A stretch of DNA of 64,000 nt from an uncultured virus (IMG/VR IMGVR_UViG_3300025727_000009) (taxonomy: Duplodnaviria > Heunggongvirae > Uroviricota > Caudoviricetes), in the IMG/VR virus record IMGVR_UViG_3300025727_000009, positions 1 to 64,000 of that record; one strand, 5' to 3'. The notes under the pieces are model-generated. The model did no database searches, had not been told where the DNA came from, and saw only the letters and a list, made by a program, of their open reading frames with translations. This document shows, piece after piece, positions 29,533 to 38,422 of the stretch. The stretch's first letter is position 1; each line of letters begins with the position of its first letter. Both the position numbers and the translations under genes were made by a program.

Positions 29533-29590
29533 CGGGGAAAAGCCTCTGTTTTGGGGCGTACCTTCGCCCATACTAGCAGCGCACGGCCTG

Positions 29591-29629
29591 CGCTAAACAG
29601 GTTCTCCTTCTTGGTATAAGAATTACGAA
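29591..29629 (+). promoter_or_regulatory. Putative promoter (CGCTAAA...GGTATAAG...ACGAA)
   Basis: Same spacing as the 52.6-54.5 kb promoter family. Confidence 0.45.
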
Positions 29630-29769
29630 CAAGGAAGAATACTCTTCCGACGTTCGCAGTCACTGTGTGAGAGGAGCCCAGTTTTTTATGAAAGCAATCA
29701 CAAACACGTCCACAACGAAGGACCTGGAACGCGGGACCGAAGACGCGCTCACCCCCGTTCAGAAGTAGG

Positions 29770-30027
29770 GTGAACCCAAAATTCATCCCGCTGAGGCCGG
29801 GGGTAAGCTGTCCGCTTGCCCCGATGCCTTGCTACACCCCCCGGGAGTGTGCTGACTGCCGCTTCTTCGAGAAGCGACGCGCCTGGACGGCCGAGTGGCT
29901 GTGCGGTACGTGTCTGGTCGTCGAGGAGGACACCGCTGAGGTGTACTTCTCAAGCGGGAACTGTGAGGAGTGCGGGGGGTTCAGCCCCGTGCTCTGCGCA
30001 GTGGTGCTTGCCTCCGCGCGTGACTAG
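29770..30027 (+). CDS. Small Cys-rich (Zn-binding) protein
   Basis: CADC, CGTC and CEEC pairs; lies downstream of the putative promoter. Confidence 0.5.
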   Translation: MNPKFIPLRPGVSCPLAPMPCYTPRECADCRFFEKRRAWTAEWLCGTCLVVEEDTAEVYFSSGNCEECGGFSPVLCAVVLASARD

Positions 30028-31919
30028 GGTCCGCGCGAGGGTAACTGCTCAGGGTTGGGGCGTAGCCGTACGCCCTGACTTTTTAGGTCCCTGAAAACCA
30101 GCTCGTACAGATTCGGGTTGTTGGCCCGCAGCTGCTCCAGCCGGTGATACTGGTCGACCTCTGACATAGCGCTCAACTGCTGGGCGACGGTCCGCGCCGC
30201 TACGGCGAGGTTCTGGCCTCCCGCGCTCTCCACCGGCTGCTGCTCTTGCCCCGGCTGAGCCTGCTGCTCTTGCCCAGGCTGCTGCGGCTGGCCCTGTTGA
30301 GCCTGCTGCCCCGCAGCACCCTGCTGCTCCTGCCCTTGCTGCTGTTGCTGCTCCGGCGTCGCCATGCCGTTCTGGTTCAGAATCTCCTGCTGCTGCACCT
30401 GCGCCTGTGCGCCGTACTTGGCCTGGATAATCTGCGCCTCGCCTTGCGCCGCCGCTTGGTCGACAATCTGCTGGCGCGATACACGCGCCTGGACCGACCG
30501 CTCGGTCTTGAGCAGCGTCTGCTCCCGGTCGTAGTCGAAGTCCCGAGACTGTAGCAACGACCGCTGCGAGATGAGCCCACCCTGCGACAGCTGCAGGTCG
30601 TACGACGCGCGCTGGATGTCGTCCGCCATCTTGAACGGGCGGAACCTCATCCCAATAGGCGTTTTGTCACACCCACCGGCAATGGCATCCCGGATGAAGT
30701 GAACCAACCGCAGCATGTCTTGACGGTTGCCAAGGAACTCGTTCTCAAGCGCCTTGAGGTTCACGCTCGCGCCGCTGTACTGGGCCTCCCCGTAGAAGAA
30801 CGAGGTGGGCACACCCATGCCCGCTACGATTTGGTCGAAGTAGACCCGCAGCTCCTGGTGGAGCAGCATGGCCCGGCCCTGCCCACCGATGAGCTGGTAG
30901 CCGAGCGGGAACCCGAGGACCGGGATGTGGTTGGGGTCCTGGCGCCACTTGGTGACCTGAAGCTCGACCTCCTTCTGCCAGCTCTTCAGGTTGACCTGGG
31001 AGTAGAAGTTGTTGCCGTCTCCGGTGACCTGCGGGTAGAGCACACGCATGGGGACGATGTGCTCCATGCACACCGCTTCCTGGCTCTTCCGCAGGACCTG
31101 CGTGAAGAAGATGTCCTTCAGGACCGGCAGGACAAGCGGGGCGCCCCAGCCCTGGTCCCCCGGGTTCGTGCTGATGGACGCCCTCCGCGAGTGGAAGATT
31201 TTGTCCGACTCGATGAGGATGGCCTTCTTTTTACGTATCGCGTCGATGAACGTCTGGGGGACGTTCTGCACCACGTCAGGAATGCCAAGAGTAATCTGGT
31301 TCCGCAGATACTGGGGCATCCGGTAGAAGTACCGGGAACGCCCAGTTATCTCGTTGTACTCGATCTCGATTACCCGCGGGTTCCACCGGACCAGCCGCAC
31401 CGCTTCGAGGTTCTTCTGGTACTCGTCGTGTACCTTCGCCTCGTGCTGGGTATCGCACTCCTGGCAGTGCAGCATGAACTTCGTGTCGCGCCACTGGTAC
31501 TTAGCTTTGGACGCCTCGACCGCGTGCTGGCACTGACGACACGTCAGCTTCTTCACGAACGGGAATGAGACCGTACAGAACGAGTTGCCGAACGTGTACC
31601 TGTCCAGGTTCTGCTCGACCAGGAACTGGCGGATGCGCAGCTTGGTCTCGAACAGGTCCCGCCACTCTTCGACCAGCCCCTCGTTCCCCTCGTCGAACAT
31701 GATGTCCGTGATGGGGTACGCCGCGAGGCGACTCGTCACCGTCGAGATGATGGGGTTGGTACGCTGGTAGTAGGCACACCACTCGAACGTCTCCCGGATA
31801 GTCGACGGGAGGTAGTTCTCAGCGATGTCGAAGAACGGTGACGGGTAGAACGCCTCAGGCCGCCCCACTGACGAGGCGCGGGCCTGCCTACCGGCCGAAG
31901 GGGCTGTAATGACGGACAT
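30024..31919 (-). CDS. Portal protein with Gln-rich C-terminal tail
   Basis: 631 aa; YPSPFFD, IFH.R, WGAPLVLPVL and G.GVP.SF motifs resemble large-phage portals. Confidence 0.7.
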   Translation of the reverse strand: MSVITAPSAGRQARASSVGRPEAFYPSPFFDIAENYLPSTIRETFEWCAYYQRTNPIISTVTSRLAAYPITDIMFDEGNEGLVEEWRDLFETKLRIRQFLVEQNLDRYTFGNSFCTVSFPFVKKLTCRQCQHAVEASKAKYQWRDTKFMLHCQECDTQHEAKVHDEYQKNLEAVRLVRWNPRVIEIEYNEITGRSRYFYRMPQYLRNQITLGIPDVVQNVPQTFIDAIRKKKAILIESDKIFHSRRASISTNPGDQGWGAPLVLPVLKDIFFTQVLRKSQEAVCMEHIVPMRVLYPQVTGDGNNFYSQVNLKSWQKEVELQVTKWRQDPNHIPVLGFPLGYQLIGGQGRAMLLHQELRVYFDQIVAGMGVPTSFFYGEAQYSGASVNLKALENEFLGNRQDMLRLVHFIRDAIAGGCDKTPIGMRFRPFKMADDIQRASYDLQLSQGGLISQRSLLQSRDFDYDREQTLLKTERSVQARVSRQQIVDQAAAQGEAQIIQAKYGAQAQVQQQEILNQNGMATPEQQQQQGQEQQGAAGQQAQQGQPQQPGQEQQAQPGQEQQPVESAGGQNLAVAARTVAQQLSAMSEVDQYHRLEQLRANNPNLYELVFRDLKSQGVRLRPNPEQLPSRGP

Positions 31920-31921
31920 GC

Positions 31922-32596
31922 TTAACTCAACAACCTGCTGGACTGCTCGATGAACAGGGCATTCTGCTTCCGCACAAAGGCTACTATAGCCTGGGACTTA
32001 GCGGCTTGCAGGCCGATGGCCGAGCGAGCGTCTACGCCCGGCGAGTTATTAGCGACTAATAGCCGCACCGCATCCTGCATGGACGAGGTACTGCCCTCGC
32101 CCAGCTTCTGCACGTAGTCGTTACACGGCTCAAGCGGCCCGGGGCCGTAGACATACCCCGCCGAGAACATCCCGGCGGCGACGTACTTGTAGACCTCTTT
32201 CGACACCTTGACGTCTTGGCGCAGCGAGGAGAGCACGTCGAGGGCGAAGGCACACTGCAGCGGGTTGGCCTGCTGCACCATGTCAAAGCGTGGGGGTAGG
32301 CCGCGAAGACCCAGGGCTACATTCTCGAAGATGTCCCACGCCTCGTACGGCGCAGAAGCCACCATGCTCGACCGGATAGCCTGAATCTTGTTGCGGGAAG
32401 CCGCAGAAGGTGTGCGCCCGAAGGACAGGTAAATCTCCGCCCAGACGGTCTCAGGCTCCCAGCCGAGGTACTCCGTCTTGAAGGTCTTGAGGAGGATTAG
32501 TCCAAGAACGAGCGGATGTGTCTCGCTGTTCGTGAACGCTTCCGGTATCGCCTCCGGTCCTGTGGGCCCGAGAGCGGAGATTTCTTCAGGGCGCAT
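31922..32596 (-). CDS. Hypothetical protein
   Basis: 224 aa, coupled to both neighbours. Confidence 0.6.
   Translation of the reverse strand: MRPEEISALGPTGPEAIPEAFTNSETHPLVLGLILLKTFKTEYLGWEPETVWAEIYLSFGRTPSAASRNKIQAIRSSMVASAPYEAWDIFENVALGLRGLPPRFDMVQQANPLQCAFALDVLSSLRQDVKVSKEVYKYVAAGMFSAGYVYGPGPLEPCNDYVQKLGEGSTSSMQDAVRLLVANNSPGVDARSAIGLQAAKSQAIVAFVRKQNALFIEQSSRLLS
32047..32061. repeat. Dispersed palindrome TATTAGCGACTAATA
   Basis: Inside a CDS, read as LLVANN. Confidence 0.9.
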
Positions 32597-33599
32597 CCAT
32601 CATCCCGGCAATCACCGCCTTGTGCGGGTCCGGGAGGCTTCCCAGGACACTCACAGGGTCGGCTGCGAACTGCTGGGCGAACTCTGCACCAAACTCACCC
32701 TCAAGTCGAGAGCCCGCTCCCTGTGCGAAAGAAACGATGTCGTCGCCGCTGTAGTCCCGCCCACCGATGGACACGTTGACCGACGCGGTCTTGGTGTGCC
32801 CCTCGTAGGGGGCGCCGTAGATGGAGTACACCGGGTCCGGGATGCTGCGGCCGTAGTACTGCGTGAGCTGGAGAGTGCTATCGAACAGCTCCAGGGAAGC
32901 GACCGCCTCCTCAGCAGTGAACTCGCCCGAGGCCGTCTTCTCCTTCAGCGTGTCGAGCACCTTCGAGGGCTCAGGGGACCAACCCGTCGCGAGCTTGCGC
33001 GCGTCGATAGCCATACTGAGGTTCTGGCCGACCTCCGTGCCAGCGTAGTCCTTCAGCTCCGGAACGGTGTCGAGGTCGACGCCGGCTTCCTTCACCATGA
33101 AGGCCAGCCGCTGCTTGCCTCGGGGGCTGCAGCCAGCGAACTCGTCACGGAGGTGCTCGATGGACGGGTCCGTCTCCAGCTCGAACAGCGCGGCCAGCGC
33201 GTGGTCGTCCGCGGCGGCACTGGTGAGGATGTCGATAGGCGAAGCGATCTTCTCCATCTCGTTGTACGCCGGAAGACCGAACGCATCGAGGGCAGTCTCC
33301 AGCTTCGCCGAGGCTTCCTTCCGCAGCTCCTCCGGGAGATGCATCCCGCAAGACACGAAGTAGAGGAGTGAAGCCGCAGTATTCCCCGCGTCCATCAGCG
33401 GGAACTTGGCGGCCAAACCAGACGCGGTCTTGACGAAGACAGCGTAATCGCTAGGATGCTTGACAGTCACATCCGACAGATTGACAGCGGTCTCGAAGAC
33501 GGCAGGGGTTTTACCCCCCAGCCGGTCCCGAAGCAGCTGTCCGCCGTCGTCGTACTGGTCAACAATCCGGAGGTCGAGCGTATCCATGTGCACCCTCAC
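32586..33599 (-). CDS. Head-associated protein with K-x-A motifs (start may be a few codons later)
   Basis: KTAS three times, plus KEAS, KIAS and KEAG. Confidence 0.6.
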   Translation of the reverse strand: MRVHMDTLDLRIVDQYDDGGQLLRDRLGGKTPAVFETAVNLSDVTVKHPSDYAVFVKTASGLAAKFPLMDAGNTAASLLYFVSCGMHLPEELRKEASAKLETALDAFGLPAYNEMEKIASPIDILTSAAADDHALAALFELETDPSIEHLRDEFAGCSPRGKQRLAFMVKEAGVDLDTVPELKDYAGTEVGQNLSMAIDARKLATGWSPEPSKVLDTLKEKTASGEFTAEEAVASLELFDSTLQLTQYYGRSIPDPVYSIYGAPYEGHTKTASVNVSIGGRDYSGDDIVSFAQGAGSRLEGEFGAEFAQQFAADPVSVLGSLPDPHKAVIAGMMDAP

Positions 33600-33625
33600 A
33601 AGCGGCGTCCGCTTTTCGGTATAAG
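33596..33625 (+). promoter_or_regulatory. Putative promoter of the replication block (TCACAAG...GGTATAAG)
   Basis: At the strand switch; spacing matches the promoter family. Confidence 0.4.
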
Positions 33626-33680
33626 CTGCTCAGAGCAACAAGAGAAGCTTACACGACGTGCGAATGGGAGAAAAGCAGAG

Positions 33681-34106
33681 GTGACCTTCGATGCTCTGCT
33701 AAAAGCCGCGATAACCGACGCGGGGTACTCCTCCCTCAGGACGTTCTCAATAGACGCAGGCATCGCCCGAGAGTCCGTACGTGCGTACACCGCAGGTGAC
33801 CGGATACCGAGTAACGCCAAACTAGAACAGATGGGGGATGTCCTCGGTATCCGCGAGGCACCAACTTACACCCAGCTGGAGCTTGCTCTGGCTACCGCCC
33901 GGCTCCAAAAGAAGAGCGGAGCAAACCAAAAGTACGGAGTTCAAGCCACCGCGGCGCTGAAGACCGCTGACCCCGCTGATGACCTACCAACCCACCGTAT
34001 CGAGGCCCTGGTAACAATGTTCTTCGACCACGGACACCGAGAGCGTACTCCCGAAATCGAGTACTTCATCCGTGAACAAATCACCCGACTTCTGACTGAT
34101 GTCTGA
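33681..34106 (+). CDS. XRE-like helix-turn-helix regulator
   Basis: GTG start; SLRTFSIDAGIARESVRAYTAGDRIPS fits a Cro/CI-type HTH. Confidence 0.65.
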   Translation: MTFDALLKAAITDAGYSSLRTFSIDAGIARESVRAYTAGDRIPSNAKLEQMGDVLGIREAPTYTQLELALATARLQKKSGANQKYGVQATAALKTADPADDLPTHRIEALVTMFFDHGHRERTPEIEYFIREQITRLLTDV

Positions 34107-34683
34107 GGACATCCGTCGCACCTCCGGCGCTAAGTTCGTCTTCCTTAGCTTCTCTGAGGTCGACCAAGTTGGACAAGCACTAAGGGAACTACTTGCCACC
34201 TGGGGTCCAGGTTGGCGAATAACCCGCCCGAGCACCAGCTCACATCCGTTTCTACGCATCGAGTTCCTACCCAGTAACTGGGTTTGGGACCGAGCTGACA
34301 GAGAGTTCTCCACCGGCCCCAAGTGGGCCAAAATGGAGGCGTACTACCTAATGCTTCTCCTACAGGAGCACGGTACACAGATCCTCGCAGGGCGAGGGTG
34401 TGGTCTCGGTCAGTACTTTGAAGACGGGTCTACAGAACGCCAGGACACCACTCTCTACACAGCGAACGTAGAGCGTGCCCACAGTGTCCACTACGTCTTC
34501 TCCTGCCCCCCGGGGTTGGAGCCTCAAGACGCGATTCGCATTCATGGAGGCGTGCCCCTAGCGGGCGCGGTCACATGGGGAAAGTCAGCCGTAAATACGC
34601 TGGCGCCCCTCACCCCTCCTGGAGCAGAATTAGAAAATGCGCATTCTGAGACCCCAGCAGGTTCCGACGACGCCCTGCCCTGA
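34099..34683 (+). CDS. Hypothetical protein
   Basis: 194 aa, overlaps the upstream stop. Confidence 0.5.
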   Translation: MSEDIRRTSGAKFVFLSFSEVDQVGQALRELLATWGPGWRITRPSTSSHPFLRIEFLPSNWVWDRADREFSTGPKWAKMEAYYLMLLLQEHGTQILAGRGCGLGQYFEDGSTERQDTTLYTANVERAHSVHYVFSCPPGLEPQDAIRIHGGVPLAGAVTWGKSAVNTLAPLTPPGAELENAHSETPAGSDDALP

Positions 34684-36475
34684 GCAGGACGACGGAGCCG
34701 GCTTCAAAGATCGTGCGGTAGCCTCAGCAAGTCTGTGGCTGCCGCCCTGCGTGGATGATGTGGACTGGGCTCGTATCGAGGAGCGCAGCGTCGTCACACC
34801 TAAGCTTACATATGACCCGCGTCCGCTCATGACGACCCGAGCGGGGGCCACAATCAAAGGACCTGACGGGAAACCCATGCGCTTCGGGGAACTCCCGGAG
34901 CAAGTACCAATCTCCTTAGTGCGCGAGCTGGACGGCCACTTGGTGGTCCCCCGATACCTGTGCTCCGAAGAAACCGACAAGGTGGACTTCGAGTCCCCAC
35001 AACTTGAGGACGTCTGGAGTCAGATTGACTTCGGCAGCAGGATTGAGCCCAGGAACGTCGCCCAGAAAGCGGCATGGGAGGCCCTCTCCGAAGCCGGTAA
35101 CGGCACCCTCAAGCTATCGTGCGGCAAAGGGAAGACCGTGATGAGCCTGAAGAAGCTCGCGCAGCGGGGCTTCCCTGGCATCGTTCTGGTAAACAACCGC
35201 GGGCTGGCGCACCAGTGGAAGCTCAGCGCTATGAAGTTCTTGGACCTGGAGGACAAGGACATCGGGATGGTCACCTCCGGGCTATCCCACCGCGACGCCT
35301 ACCACATCCCGGACAACCCGAAACTTCTCGCAAAAGCGCTCGTGGACTGTGACTCGGAAATGGTCCAACTGATCCAGCAGCTGGAAAAGGTTGCAGGCCC
35401 GGGGTTTAACCCCCTCTCCGGGAAGCACGTCCAGGCGCTGGTAAACCGCATCTGCACCCCCATAGAGCGGCTCGACTATGAGGCCGGGCGGGCCAAGTGT
35501 CTGCACGCCTGGGCAGACGAGGGTAAAGCGCCCTTCACCCTGCTGCGGGACTACCGGGAGGTGCTCTTCAAGCACCGGCTCCTTCGGGACCGCATCGACG
35601 GGGAGACATCTGTCTGGAACCGCCCGTTGGTCATCAGCACCATCCAGTCCCTGGTGAGCGGGCTCGACGATTTCCCGCAGTGGATACGACAGCGGTTCGG
35701 GTCCGTCTTCTTTGATGAGGGGCACCACCTCCCTGCTGCCACGTTCATTCGGGCTATCGATGTGTTCCATGGTGCCCGGTTCAGCCTCACAGCTACACCA
35801 GAGCGCGACGACGGGCTTGAGGCCCTCATGTACGCACACACGGGTGGGGTCATCTACGAGGACATGGAGCCTGAATATCCAGCGGCTCTTTACTTCAAGG
35901 ACCTGCCCACCCGGCTGGCGACGGAAGACAAGGCTGTCCGCAAGGCTGTGTTCGACCGGCAGAGACGCATCAACCTCGGCATGCTCTACCAGTACCTCGC
36001 TATGGACCGCATCCGGAATCGACAAATCATCCGGCAGATGGTCATCCCCGCGCTGAACAAGGGCCGGGATGTATTGGTCCTGGCCCATGCGCAGGCCCAC
36101 CCGGAGCAGTTGGCGAAGGCGCTGCTACAGGTGAGTCCCACCTTGGCGAAAGCCTCAGGGGTCGGAGTCATCACTGGAGAGACCTCCGGGATTGACCGTG
36201 TTCGGATCCTCGCAAGCTGCCGGGCATGCTTCGCCACAATGGGGGTTGCCCTGGAGGGGCTGGACGCGCCGAAGAAGGACACGGTCGTGATGGCGAGCGC
36301 CTTCACCTCCTGGCGAATGCTGGTCCAGAGCAAGGGGCGCATCGAGCGGCTCTTTGAGGGCAAGCCCCAGCCGCTCTACCTCATCGTCTCTGACACAAAG
36401 ATAGACATCCTGAAAGGGATGTCCTGGGCACTGAAAAGGAAGCTACAGCGCAATGGCCTTGATTACAGCGGTTGA
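34637..36475 (+). CDS. SF2 helicase (XPB/UvsW-like)
   Basis: SCGKGKT, DEGHH, LTATPERDDG, EGLD and QSKGRIER motifs. Confidence 0.85.
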   Translation: MRILRPQQVPTTPCPEQDDGAGFKDRAVASASLWLPPCVDDVDWARIEERSVVTPKLTYDPRPLMTTRAGATIKGPDGKPMRFGELPEQVPISLVRELDGHLVVPRYLCSEETDKVDFESPQLEDVWSQIDFGSRIEPRNVAQKAAWEALSEAGNGTLKLSCGKGKTVMSLKKLAQRGFPGIVLVNNRGLAHQWKLSAMKFLDLEDKDIGMVTSGLSHRDAYHIPDNPKLLAKALVDCDSEMVQLIQQLEKVAGPGFNPLSGKHVQALVNRICTPIERLDYEAGRAKCLHAWADEGKAPFTLLRDYREVLFKHRLLRDRIDGETSVWNRPLVISTIQSLVSGLDDFPQWIRQRFGSVFFDEGHHLPAATFIRAIDVFHGARFSLTATPERDDGLEALMYAHTGGVIYEDMEPEYPAALYFKDLPTRLATEDKAVRKAVFDRQRRINLGMLYQYLAMDRIRNRQIIRQMVIPALNKGRDVLVLAHAQAHPEQLAKALLQVSPTLAKASGVGVITGETSGIDRVRILASCRACFATMGVALEGLDAPKKDTVVMASAFTSWRMLVQSKGRIERLFEGKPQPLYLIVSDTKIDILKGMSWALKRKLQRNGLDYSG

Positions 36476-37151
36476 CCCCCCGCTCTCTGACAAGCTGTGG
36501 GCGGTACAGAGGTGCTGGGCTAGTTGCGACAAGTGCGGGCTCTCGAAGTTCCGCTCTATGCCCGCCTACACCAAGGCGGAGCATGGGCCGCGCAAGCCAG
36601 AGCTTCTGTTCGTCACAGACCGCTTTGACCCCGCCGTTCTACAGACTCGTGAGTTCCCCACTGGAAACTACGAGGGGGTCTTACGCACCCTGCTGTCGAG
36701 CTTCGGCCACATCCCTGCGGACTACTGGTTCACGCCCGCAACCCTGTGCCCTACAACCGTTCCTGACCCCGACGACTGGCGGCCTCTTGAGTTGATGCCT
36801 GTCCCCAACCGGGCGCAAGTGTCGGCTTGTCGGCCGCGCCTACACGAGGAGATTCGGCTGCTCTGCCCGGAGATCATTGTGTGTCTTGGGAAGATGGCTG
36901 TTGAGGCTGTTTTCCCGAAGAACCCTCCCAAGTTTGTTCCCAACCTGGGGGAGATTGTAGAGCCACAAGTTTCTGGTGGTCTGTCCCCCATGGTAGTACC
37001 CTGCATGGTGACCTACAGCCTCAGTCATCTGTATCGAAATTGGGACATGTCAGAGGGCGGTTTGTGGAACACCGCCTTCAATCACATACAGCAAGCATCC
37101 GTCATCGCTAGGCACCTCCGCGAACAGCGGGGTGAAAATATTAGCGACTAA
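36453..37151 (+). CDS. Uracil-DNA glycosylase family-4-like protein (divergent)
   Basis: CDKC.L N-terminus and ACRPRLHEEIRLLCPEIIVCLGKMA segment. Confidence 0.6.
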   Translation: MALITAVDPPLSDKLWAVQRCWASCDKCGLSKFRSMPAYTKAEHGPRKPELLFVTDRFDPAVLQTREFPTGNYEGVLRTLLSSFGHIPADYWFTPATLCPTTVPDPDDWRPLELMPVPNRAQVSACRPRLHEEIRLLCPEIIVCLGKMAVEAVFPKNPPKFVPNLGEIVEPQVSGGLSPMVVPCMVTYSLSHLYRNWDMSEGGLWNTAFNHIQQASVIARHLREQRGENISD

Positions 37152-37153
37152 TA
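37139..37153. repeat. Dispersed palindrome TATTAGCGACTAATA
   Basis: Overlaps the stop of the UDG-like gene, just before the next RBS. Confidence 0.9.
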
Positions 37154-37166
37154 ATGGAGTCCGAAA

Positions 37167-37691
37167 ATGCGTTCGACCCTTCGCCGCCGTCGTCTCACTC
37201 AGCCTGAGGTTGCGACCGTCACCCCCGTCGTCGAGACAGGCGCCATCACCGCCGCCGAGACCGCCGCCCAGGCCAAGATTGATGCGCGAGACCGCATCAT
37301 CGCCGTGATGAAGGAGTTCATGGCTGAGAACCGGCCTGTCTTCACGCAGTTCATGGAGCTGACCGCCCGCGCCGAGACGGCAGAGGCGGAAGCCAAGGAG
37401 GCCATCCTCGCCATCGAGACCAGCGAGACCTGGAACTACAGCGAGACGACTCGCGGGGCCAAGCCCAGCACCCCGGTCTTCGACATCGCCCTCTTGCCCA
37501 ACGAGGTCCTCCTCACCCCCGGCATCATCAGGAGCATCGACAACGTCAAGCTGGAACAGATGGCCACGGGTACCCTGGCGCACTACGCCCAGGAGCTGGC
37601 CAACGCCAAGAAGCCGAACCCCAAGAACCCCTCGGTCAGCTTCGCGAACAAGACGCCCGCGTCCAAGAGCCTGAAGAAGCTCCTCGACTAG
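37167..37691 (+). CDS. Hypothetical protein
   Basis: 174 aa, GGAG RBS, strong codon bias. Confidence 0.6.
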   Translation: MRSTLRRRRLTQPEVATVTPVVETGAITAAETAAQAKIDARDRIIAVMKEFMAENRPVFTQFMELTARAETAEAEAKEAILAIETSETWNYSETTRGAKPSTPVFDIALLPNEVLLTPGIIRSIDNVKLEQMATGTLAHYAQELANAKKPNPKNPSVSFANKTPASKSLKKLLD

Positions 37692-38147
37692 GTGCTCCGC
37701 ATAGAGGCTGTCTTCAAGGTGGGGCCGGTTCACATAGGTGACTCGGTCTTCCACCCACCCGACCTACTGCACCACATGACCGAGGAGCTGCCCGTGAGGA
37801 AGATGAGGAAGCGAGCTGCGCCCGACCCCCCAACGCGGCCAGAGAAGCACGCAAACACCCCCTGCTGGCATCCAGTGGGGGCCACCATGCGTGCTCGGGG
37901 GAGGGCCTCCGGCGCGACGCACTACGGTCCGGGGGCGTGGGACAAAATCCCGTACACCCTCGAAGTAACCGGAGAGGTCGAACTCTACACGCCGGCTGCG
38001 TACACCCTCGAAGAGGTCCGTGAGACGCAGGACATCGCTGCCCAGCTCGCGAAGGGAGCAGTCCTCCGACACCTGCAGCCGTTTCACGAGGACCTCGTCG
38101 AGCAAATCAGAACAACCCTTTTCCCGGAGCTATTCAATGGCCGATGA
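37692..38147 (+). CDS. Hypothetical protein
   Basis: Fills the operon gap; start uncertain. Confidence 0.45.
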   Translation: MLRIEAVFKVGPVHIGDSVFHPPDLLHHMTEELPVRKMRKRAAPDPPTRPEKHANTPCWHPVGATMRARGRASGATHYGPGAWDKIPYTLEVTGEVELYTPAAYTLEEVRETQDIAAQLAKGAVLRHLQPFHEDLVEQIRTTLFPELFNGR

Positions 38148-38421
38148 GCCTCTTGTCGAGATGCCGCAAGTGATCGCCAACGGGTGTCACCTGCTCAGCG
38201 TCAGCCTCGACTTCCAAAGTGGGGGCATGGTGCTGGCGGAGCCCAACATCACAGCCTTCGTTGCCCTGACACAAACCAAAGAAGGCGAGCAGCCGCGGGA
38301 GCTGGGTCGGATGGAACTTCGCGATGTCGGGGAGTTCGTTGAGGATGAAGCCCAGGCGCTGGTCTCCAAGCTCATCCCCACCATCATGGGCATCCTCGCC
38401 AAGGGAAATCCGGAGACCTGA
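38137..38421 (+). CDS. Hypothetical protein
   Basis: ATG at 38137 with GGAG upstream. Confidence 0.5.
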   Translation: MADEPLVEMPQVIANGCHLLSVSLDFQSGGMVLAEPNITAFVALTQTKEGEQPRELGRMELRDVGEFVEDEAQALVSKLIPTIMGILAKGNPET

Positions 38422-38422
38422 C

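Noticed and set aside
22096..29571. Host rpoBC locus, implying a bacterial chromosome
   Set aside because: No flanking ribosomal-protein genes; neighbours are portal, terminase and capsid genes, and the enzyme is reduced and divergent.
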